A stretch of DNA of 60,156 nucleotides, counting the filler, from Hausera hauseri (lineage: Eukaryota): assembly GCA_046269625.1 (NCBI GenBank). It is 11 parts of 11 records of this genome, joined end to end, with 100 filler letters (N's around TTAATTAATTAA, not from the genome) between each part and the next. Parts side by side here need not be neighbours in the genome. Positions count along the whole stretch, not along the records: positions 33,847 to 38,247 come from JBJURY010599889.1; positions 38,348 to 43,664 come from JBJURY010281729.1; positions 43,765 to 51,270 come from JBJURY010010456.1; 8 more parts are not named here. One strand, written 5' to 3'. The translations under genes were made by a program, and so were the position numbers. The notes below the pieces were generated by a model. That model did not search any database. It was not told the DNA's origin and saw only the letters and a list, made by a program, of their open reading frames with translations. Shown piece after piece: positions 37,601 to 47,400 of this stretch (position 1 is the first letter of the stretch; each line of letters starts with the position of its first letter).

Positions 37601-38247
37601 CATAATCAGAATTATTTCTTCGCGTTTTCATAATGATAACTTTTCGTCCATAATTAAATGTGTCTTCTTTTTCGTTCACGATTATGGAGACCAATATGTC
37701 TTTCAAGATCCGTTTCCCATCTGGTTTCTTCGTAAGCCTTTAAGAATTTTTTGAGTCGCGTTATAATAGCCGTTAAAATCTTACGACGAGAAGTCTATTA
37801 GCGTAAATATCTCATCCATCTGTGACTGCTTGAATTACTGATTTGACCAGTTGAACTAAAAAATAGATTGCTAAAAATCCAAATGCGGCTTGTCCAAAAA
37901 TTAAAATTCTTCCCAAAATTTCAGACAAAATTTCTGTGGTTACTCTTTGTTAATGATTAGCGTTAAGTAGTGATTCCTATTTTGCATGAAAGCGATTGTC
38001 TCCTAATATCGTATGCATAGCTCGGTTTAATTCATGTGCACGCTGACATTGAAAAACAAGATATTGACTAGATGCTTCAAGTTCCTTTGGTCTGTAAATA
38101 CCTTCAGTTGCTGTGTCTTGAAATTTGTCGTCCGTTATTTACTTTACTAAGTTATTTTCCGTTAATTTACTGGGTGGAGTAGTTATGCATCCATTTGGTA
38201 AACTTACCCAGTCAGCTTCACTGCGTCTGAACATTGATGCTCCTAAA
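34700..38247 (-). mobile_element. Heavily decayed Ty3/Gypsy relic (different family from the UBL-Gag elements)
   Basis: RT motifs EIERML..IITPS..WYSPILMVKKK..RFCINYRALN, GYWQV, MPFGL|KTGP, Y*DDV, INTPLYLLLKKG..WKW. Boundaries are approximate. Confidence 0.75.
35143..35817 (-). mobile_element. Non-autonomous mariner-derived element inserted at a TA in the RT gene
   Basis: TIR-like CGAGGG(G/A)TGTTCAAAT at 35143 and 35335, and inverted at ~35797-35817. Transposase HTH fragment QRINTKFL...EIF...GDETLSSTQVYE (35454-35600). It splits the MPFGL/KTGP codons. Confidence 0.8.
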
Positions 38248-38586
38248 NNNNNNNNNNNNNNNNNNNNNNNNNNNNNNNNNNNNNNNNNNNNTTAATTAAT
38301 TAANNNNNNNNNNNNNNNNNNNNNNNNNNNNNNNNNNNNNNNNNNNNCTACTCCATCATCCGTCGATCCGTAGCTACCATGTACGATTTTCGAGGAATTG
38401 AAAATATTATCTTTTTCCCATGCTGTTGTCATCGGATCGTGAAGAAATCGAAGCAAAATCAATTAAAGCGTCCCAAACGTTTCCGGCCGAAGTTGCCGGG
38501 AAGTATTACAGTTTAGAGACTATAGATCAATTTCCGAACACGAACTTTTAATCCTTTTAAACATTATTCCAAAATGAAGAAATTTT

Positions 38587-38949
38587 GTGAAGAAAGCGGC
38601 ATGGGTATATCGAGATGGGCCGAAAAATCGTGGAATTTTCGTTACTAATCGAATTGCACAATTTAATTCAAACATACTCACAACAATGGCTAATGAAGAT
38701 GATCATACCCAAGTCACATACTTTTCATTTGATGGACAAGGTTTAAATCATTGTTACGCCAGAGCTGTTGTGGCAATGGTCTCATTTGACACCCATTTTA
38801 ATTTGGGTTTTGCACAAAAATCAAGTCTCATTTATTGGCCAGATTCTTTAAAAGAAATAGCATTCCTTCTGGCTTCTTATGATAGTATTGTTTTAGTATA
38901 CAAGTTGAATGTTGATGCTGGAGATAATTCAGCAATAATGCGATATTAG
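38587..38949 (+). other. Host-gene-like ORF fragment upstream of Gypsy A, unassigned
   Basis: Open frame with protein-like composition; no family recognised. Confidence 0.25.
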
Positions 38950-39169
38950 CAAAGGATTTTCCTCGACATGAAAGCAATCGAATTGATCGTAAAAAGGAAC
39001 GCTTTGGGTCTTACAACACCTGCGGCCGTGTTCACCTATGGAATCAAAGTCGTCTGGATAATTGGGCCCTGTCGAGGCAGAATCACGCTTTCAGCGGCTA
39101 ATTCAGCAGCTACAAGGCACGCAACAAAATACGTGGAGATACCACACTACCCATCTTGTTTATCACCGT

Positions 39170-39386
39170 TATTTTCCATCCACCTTTTTGTAAATTATAA
39201 ATTGATACATATCGCACATATAACACAATGTATCGACACAATACAATTATATGACCTCATTCATAAATCTACCCCCCTCAATGACTTCTATTTGACTCAC
39301 AATAGATTCATTTTAACTGACCTCCCACACATCATGTCCTCACAATACTACCCTGTATTCACATCCACCATAGAATCCGCGGCGGT
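39170..39386 (+). other. Ubiquitin-like leader domain ending in di-glycine, in frame with gag (one frameshift near 39355)
   Basis: IHLFVNYKLIHIAHI..TIQLYDLIHKST.LNDFYLTHNRFIL...IHIHHRIRGG|MISS. The codons AGA ATC CGC GGC GGT directly precede the ATG at 39387. Confidence 0.65.
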
Positions 39387-40487
39387 ATGATTTCTTCACC
39401 ATTCAGTGACATCACAGATAAGGTGACCACAAAACCCAAATTCATTATCTACTATCCAAAATCAATACATCTAAGTCCTTCAACCGATACTAGCTTTTCT
39501 CGCAAAACCCATACAATTACACCTTCACATTGTTCTAAATATTTTACAGATAATGAAAACACTAATAAGACTTGGCTCCACTTCCATCAACTTTGGCTAC
39601 AATCCAACAGCATTACCGACTCGTTAACCAAAGCCCATAATCTATTCTACTTTCTACCAAACTCCATGAAGACCTCAATCCATAACTTACTGGACTTGAT
39701 TCAACATTCTGACCCTTATACGCAATTGTTAAATGCTGTATTGAAACTAGCAGTACCACCAATAGACTCGGTAATACAACGATTCTTTAATGAAAACACA
39801 ATGGGAACACAAAAACCTAGTGATTTCTTACGCACCTCGTTGGCCCACTTACGTACCCTGGGTGTCACCAAGGAACACAATCCGGATCTACTTCGCCGTT
39901 ATTTCCTTAATGCTTTACCCATTCAAATTAGGGTTTTACTTACTGTTGTTAAGGATTCGACAGCTTTAAATAAACTAGATGAATTGGCCGATAAAGCACA
40001 TGAAGTTTTACAAATACAGTCACAGCCCATCATATCAGCCGCAATGACGACTGACGACAATCAACGTCATACATCTATCGAACACCAATTGAACCAATTA
40101 CGCACCGAAAATGCAGCACTACAACATGCAATCCATAACATCAATGATAAGCGGAACGACCTTTCCTCACATCGACGGAATGCTTCCGCCCCTCGCCGCA
40201 CGCGTTCTGTTTCAAGGAATCGAACACCGTCACCAATGCGGTCATTCATATGTTATTATCATAACAAATTTAATAACAAAACAAATAAATGCTGTTTAGG
40301 GTGTAGATATTATTCTTCGAATCTACACTCAGATAATATTGTTTGCAACTATAATGCAAAATTTGGATCTAATGCACAGAATTGTATTTCAGGTTGTAAC
40401 TATAAAACTAACCATAACTACACCACTGATAGACGTTCCACTTTCTCTAACATTAACCGTCACATTTCACAAACCAAAAAAAACTGA
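39387..40487 (+). CDS. gag: Gag
   Basis: 366-aa ORF with QKPSDFL, RRYFLNALP, LDELAD, a coiled coil, CYYHNKF...C..GC and a second degenerate knuckle. It ends at A-AAA-AAC-TGA. Confidence 0.85.
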   Translation: MISSPFSDITDKVTTKPKFIIYYPKSIHLSPSTDTSFSRKTHTITPSHCSKYFTDNENTNKTWLHFHQLWLQSNSITDSLTKAHNLFYFLPNSMKTSIHNLLDLIQHSDPYTQLLNAVLKLAVPPIDSVIQRFFNENTMGTQKPSDFLRTSLAHLRTLGVTKEHNPDLLRRYFLNALPIQIRVLLTVVKDSTALNKLDELADKAHEVLQIQSQPIISAAMTTDDNQRHTSIEHQLNQLRTENAALQHAIHNINDKRNDLSSHRRNASAPRRTRSVSRNRTPSPMRSFICYYHNKFNNKTNKCCLGCRYYSSNLHSDNIVCNYNAKFGSNAQNCISGCNYKTNHNYTTDRRSTFSNINRHISQTKKN

Positions 40488-43400
40488 TTTCACCGCCAGT
40501 ATTCACGGCAGAATCTGACAAAGGCAACTTACTCAATTTTTCTTGCCGACACACTTCTTTTGCAGTCTTTACACTAAGAGCTGCTATCTCCACTTCTAAC
40601 ATTCAATCCACAGACATTCTCATCGATACCAGTGCAGCGATCTCATTACTACCACTTTCTTTTCCGGTTCAGCATTCTTCACTTAAAACAAAACCGTTAT
40701 ACACCACCTCAGGTCAACCCCTTCATATTGCCTAAATTTGCAAATTATCTTTTACTCTCAAAAAATTTTCCTCATCATTTCATTGGACGTTTACAGTCGC
40801 TAACGTCCAGACGGCAATACATGGCTCCGATTTCCTGTCACACTATAACTTGGTAGTCGATTGTAACCAACGGTGTCTGACATAAAATACATCTGAAGAC
40901 TGTAGTACAGGAATAGGCAACATCCCGACGACAGCACAGCCAACGGTAAGTAGACAATCAATCTTAAAACAGTCAACACCTCATAGTAATTCTCTTAACT
41001 ATCATGTTTTACCTCGTAAGCTTTCAAAGGACAATGTCGATAGTCAGTCACAGCTCAATGTCGACACTCACGATCTTATATCTTCAATAAAATCACTAAA
41101 TAACACCACTTACCCAAATAAGGTCTTGAACACGATCATTCTACATCAAATTCCACTCGATTTCCCACCAACAATCAATCAAAATTTACCAAGTATTGCT
41201 AGCAACATCGGTTCATCGTCAATTCCAATATTCCAGCAACTACCCGTAATTTTACAACAATTCATCAATACTTCTTGTCCTCGTATGCTTCAGAAAGATC
41301 GGAATTTCACCCATGTAAACGGCATTTACCATTATATAATTACACTACACCAAAAACCAATACGTCAAAAGGTTCGTCCATTGTCGCCTCGTCGCAGGCA
41401 GGCAGTAGAGGCTGAATTTTTAGAACTCGAACAATCAGGTATTGTTCGAAGACCTAAATTCCAATGGTCTTCGCCACTCCACATTGTCCAAAAAAGATGG
41501 ATCTTTCCGACCATGTGGCGATTACCGCCAGCTTAATACTTTAACCATACTGTATGCATATCCACTACCATTGATCAGACATATTACATCGACTTAATTC
41601 TAATAAAGCTTATTCAACAATTGGTTTAGCCAATGCGTACCATCAAATTCCTGTCGCACCGGAAGACATCGAGAAAACTGCGGTTACCAAACCTTTCGGT
41701 CTTTATGAATACTTGAACATGCCTTTCGGCCTCCGGAATGCTGCTCAGACTTTTCAGCGACACGTCGATTCAATCCTTTCAGACTTCCCTTTTGCACATC
41801 CATATATTGACGATATCTTGGTTGCTTCTTTTATTAAACAACACGAGGAACACTTACGATCTATTTTCAAACGACTTAATCAATTCAATCTACAGGTCAA
41901 TTTTGCAAAGTGTACCTTCTTCCAAAAACGCATTAATTACCTTGGACATATTATCTCATCATACGGCCATTCACCTCAGCCTGATCGAGTTGAGACTCTT
42001 AAAACGTCCAACTACCTAAGCCAACCACAGAAATGCGCAGTTTTCTTGGTACCTTGCATTTCGTCTACAAATATATCCCGTCTTGTTTAGAACTCACGGC
42101 ACCTCTTGCACACTTAAGCGGAGGAAAGAAACACCAGAAAATCCAGTGAACACCACAACTGGTTAATAAGTTTGATAGGCTGCGCGAAGGATTAAAAACT
42201 GTTGAAATACTAGCATTTCTTAAGCGTGACGCTGAGCTAATCTTGACCACAGATGCATCAAACATAGCAGTAGGCGCCGTACTGCACCAGTTGTATAAAG
42301 GCGAAAATCAGCCCCTAGAATTCTTTTCCCGAAAATTAGCTCCCCCGAAACTAAATATTCAACTTTCGACCGGGAACTTCTGGCAATAGTCCTTGCTTTA
42401 AGACATTTTTCTCACTTACAGCTCGTCATTTCGTTATACAGACTGATCACAAACCGTTGATTAATATAATGACAATAAAACATCCTTCAACTCGACAAGA
42501 ACGACAAATTTCATATTTATCCACGTTTTACTTCGACATTAAACACATTGACGGTGTTGACAATCTAGTTGCCGATTTCCTGTCTAGATCAGTTGGTTCA
42601 ATTAATTTTTCGCCAATCTTTACTCAGACAAAACTCCAAGAAAATCAACCATCTCAAGATGTTCTCAAGTCGTTCAAGTCGCACCACATCGTTGACGGCG
42701 TGGCCTTAGATACTTCCAGACCAGGACTTTCTAAAATAATTCTTGCCTCATCTTTATACAAACAAGCATTTGATAGTGTACATTCGTTACATCATCTAGG
42801 TGCCAAAGCAACTTTTTGTTTACTTCAGCGTCAAGTAGTTTGGCTATCGATGCGCTCCTATGTGCAAGCATGGGTTAAAGAGTGCGTGGCTTGTCAAAAA
42901 TATAAAACTATAAAACATTTAAAACCGCCATTATACCATTTCCCTTGTACTTCACGTTCTGAAACAGTCCATATTAATATTGTTGGCCCTCTTCCAATAG
43001 ACAACGGCCACCAATTTATTCTGACCATGATGAACCGTTCCTCACGATGGCCGGAAGCAATCCCACTGCGGAGCACAACCACTGATACTATAACCGATAC
43101 TTTCATCCGTACGTGGATTAGTAGGTTAGGGTCTCCTCGTTATATCATCTCAGACCAAGGTCCGCAATTCGAGTCAAATCTGTTTAAATCCCTAGTCAAC
43201 CGATTGGGAATAAGCAACGGTCATACAACACCCTATCATCCCCAATCGAACGTCCTTCTCAAACGTTTTCACCGAACTTTGAAAAAATCACTCAGAATCT
43301 TTGCACAGTCCAACACCAATTGGACTACTCTTCTTCCGTTCGTTCTGCTTGACTGGCGGAACACTCCATCTACTTCTACAGGATGCTCACCAACGGATGC

Positions 43401-44428
43401 TTTATTTGGAACCACTCTACGGTCACTGTTTGAACTAACTGCTCTTGAAGAGATTCCTACAGACGAGAGGATACGAGCAACACAGGATCACTTCGTCATA
43501 ATCAGCAAGGATTCGTTTTGCAGGCTTTTGCATAATGACAAATCTTACATACCCGAAGACTTATACTCGGCAAAGTTTGTATGTCTAAAAAACCAGACAC
43601 CGTGCGGTTTCCAGCCACAGTACTTAGGACCATATAAATTGGTGCAGCTGCATTCGCACAACGCNNNNNNNNNNNNNNNNNNNNNNNNNNNNNNNNNNNN
43701 NNNNNNNNTTAATTAATTAANNNNNNNNNNNNNNNNNNNNNNNNNNNNNNNNNNNNNNNNNNNNCTGCAAGGGACCATGGCGATCCTTCCACCGTCGGCC
43801 AGAATTGCTTCTGTTTCCAGGGCACACTGCGAGGAAGTGGTAAAAGGTCTTGGCCAGTGTGTTAATCCTGGCCCTGACAAGGACCGCGAAGCGGTCTTCG
43901 TCTCCGTGCCCCATAAGTTATGGGAAAGTACAGAGGAATCGACAGCACAAAGAAACTTCCTGAAAGTCTTTTAGAACTACAAGTGTCTGTAAGACTGTTT
44001 TTATGAACTTAAATTATTGCGTCTATTTTCCAAAAACGACTATTTTAGTCTACGTTCCTAAAATGATGTATTTACGTTGTTTCTTCATTACCGCTCACTT
44101 ATCTTATTCGTTTTACGAGTGTTCTCATAAACGTTCTTGAAAAGCAAGCATAACCTCAGACCCAGTTTTTACCATTTTATTGCAAAAGATAAACGAACAC
44201 AACCAAACATCTATTATTCGACACACAGAAACTCTCTAACATTTGGTCTAACATTACCCTGTGAGTACGACTCTGTCAATTTCAAACCTTTTATTTCAAA
44301 GCTGAATGTTGGATATCGAACTATTAATATCTACAAACACTCAAGTTGCTTTTGTTGTTGCTGAGAGATGAGAGTTGTTCAATTCAAGGACACAAAAGAG
44401 GCATTAAATAAATAACTTTTCCAGATTT

Positions 44429-47400
44429 TTAGATCCGGGGTCGAATTTGAAAGATAGCTATACAATCTACAACTAGATCAACATCAATGCTTTTTGACCA
44501 GGAATGATAATAAACTAAGCACGCTAATGCTGATGTTTGCATACTGACACTTATTGTCCACAGTTGATTTTTGTGACTTTCCATTTGAGCGTCTACTGTT
44601 GTATCAAAGATCAATGGAGAACTCGGTTCAGTGGATTTTACGGATTTTTCAAGAGGTTCCGTAGCCTCATTAAAATCAATAATTGTGGCTCTGAAGAGAG
44701 CCGTTAACATTCCCAAGGATGTCTTCTTTCGGTTCTTGTCATTTTTCGATTCACTGATGTAGTTATCAATTTCAATTTCAATTCCGATAATGGCAAGTTC
44801 GAGTTTCTCAAATTGGTCAGTAATGGCTTGAAGCTTAGCTTCAACTTCGTCCAATAGGGCTTTTTTCTCAGCCAAATGTTTCAGTTCAACTTCAAATTCT
44901 TTTTCGGCGACTGCTAACTTTTGTTTCTTTGGAGCAACGACTTTTGCAACATAATCATATTTATCAAGAGCTTTAATCCATTTACACAATCCCTCACAAG
45001 CTGTACTAGCGTTTCGAACTATTTTAGGATCAAAATCCGGATTTGGAATGTAATTATCGCGCAAACGTTTCATATATTGTGGATTAATGTTATCAATATT
45101 GTAATATTTCAGTCGTTCCAAAAATTTGAAATCGCTAAGAATTTTTACTGAAGGTGGCCAAAAATTTTCGATCATTTTCCCAGAAGATGGGTCAGGTTTT
45201 CGATCTGGTTTTTCACCTAACATAATACAGACTGCTTCTAAGACAAATTTGATAACGCTTGGTGGATTTTTCATAGTTCGCACTAGTGTTATGTCATTTT
45301 GTTTAAGAGTATCCAAATAAGCTAATGCATCCTTCGAAATTGGCATGGCTTCTGCTAAATCAGCTTCGCATTCATCTTTAATGGCCTGGCTTATAGATGC
45401 TTTTTCATTTGCTACTGCCTGCTCAGCAGCCAACAATTCTCGTTTGGCTTCTACCTCAACTGTATCTTGTTCAACTTTTTCTAATAACCGATCTGTTTGT
45501 TCTGATGTTTCAATTAGTTGAGGTTGTAAAGCTTTGAGTTCAAGCTGCATCTTCCCGACTTCTTGAGCAGCAAAGTCCAATTTCTCTAAACCCGTAAGAT
45601 ATCTATTTCTCAGTGTAAGTAATTCATTCCGTTTAATATTGAGTAGTTTCTTGAAAGTTTTAATTAACTCCAGATATGATGTTGGGGTTACGTAATTATA
45701 CCTTCTTAAGGTACTGAGAAATTCCTTAGACAAAAATCGAACACTTTTATGATAAAATTTACACATAGCGACAATTGCATCTCTCGTATTGTCATCCATC
45801 TCAATATCTTCCAAAATTTTACTGGCAACCATTTCTAATGCATCTTGAGGCCAAGCTTGGAACCAGTCGATCGTACAACAATTTATTAAAGATGGAAACA
45901 TACGCAATCTGTTTCTGAATGCGTCTCCGATAGGACTCATTGCCAAAACAATGTGTAGATTTTGTTTAACTCGTTCTGTAAAGTAGTTATACAAAGCCAT
46001 TGGCGTTGAATCAATTTTTTGACCTTCAATTCTTGCGGCATTTTGAATTTTTTCCAAAAGTTCTGCCTTCTCATCGGCTGCATATAAATTTGGAACATCC
46101 CCCGTGTTTAGAAGCATTGATATATCCTCCATGAATGACTCCTGTTTGATTTGATTGTCAGAAAAGAGAAATATGATTGGCTTTGCATCACATCCAGCCT
46201 TTGTTAAAAGCTTTTTCAAATCATCACGCCATTCGTTATGGCCATAATTCCGAGTTATTTCTATAACAAAGAGTTCATATTCCGCCATGTATGCTGTCAT
46301 TTTCGATGCACTCTGCCTGCCACTACCACCAATACCAACTAAAAGAGCATGGCCATTATCTTGCTTCAAAACTCTACTGACTCGAGAGATATGTTCCATT
46401 GCAAATTGAAACATTGGAGCTTTGCTCACGGCATTGTAGTCTTCCAAAAAGGTATCCATTCGTTTGCCAAGGAGTTTGATATCAACGACTTCGTCATAGA
46501 TTTTATCATCAGTCATGTAATCTCCAAATATCAGCCCTCGAACATCTTCATCTGCCACTTTGCCACTAAGATTCAAGTGACAGAGTATTTTATCAATATT
46601 TGTCTTGAAACAATCGGCAGTTGTTGATTTGACAATGTCGAAAAATTTTTTTCGATCTTCATCCATTGTCAATCTATCGTAGAATACTCGGTATACCTCA
46701 TGGACCCACAGTCTCATTAATTTGTCTGTGTTGGTCATATGTGTACTGGGGATCAATAATAAGCCTTTAATAAATCTTGCGAAGTCTCGAAGATTAAAAA
46801 CGTAATGAGATTTAGCTGGTGTTGGTAAAAAGTTCAAAATGGCTTTTTTGTAAACAGTCATTGTTGCAGTAACCAACATCTTTCCAAGTCTACCAAATGC
46901 AGAATCAAATCCATGTTCAAAATGCCAATCGACAATGGCGGTAAATATGCGAGTCATTGTATTTTCCGAAAATTCGTTTATACCCAAAATATTGAAGTGG
47001 CGTACCATACGATAACTTACGTCATTTCGACCGCCACCCGGTGGACTCATTGCCGCTAGGAGTAAAGTATCAACAAGCATCAATTTACTAGTATCTTTCT
47101 TATCATACCAATGACCATGATCTACCCACTGTCTTAATAACTCGATCGGAGGTTGAGCTCCATATTTTTCTTTTGCAGGCATACTGAGGTCATCAACGAA
47201 AACCACGTAACGTTTTTCAGGAGGTGGACCATAAACGCCTTTGCGTCGTCTGTCTAGTTTAGACATGATTATATCCTGAGTCTGATTAGCTGATGTTCTG
47301 GCAGAAAAATTTATGTTATTTGCCAAATATCTGTCCTTTGGCAAGTGAACAATATAGTTATTGACTAATGCGGATTTTCCCGTACCGGTTGGACCGACAA

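Larger units (their letters stand above)
39170..43664 (+). mobile_element. Ty3/Gypsy LTR retrotransposon A (CsRN1-like): UBL-gag, -1 frameshift, PR-RT-RH-IN; 3' truncated
   Basis: Gag with two CHCC-type knuckles. PR LIDTSAAISLLP; RT MPFGLRNAAQTFQR and YIDDIL; RNase H TTDAS and TDHKPL; IN HSLHH..C..C, SDQGPQF, TTPYHPQSN; GPY. Confidence 0.93.

Noticed and set aside
43852-43900. Hammerhead ribozyme (CTGACAA followed by a stem)
   Set aside because: The core CUGAUGA is imperfect and the required GAAA after stem II is absent.
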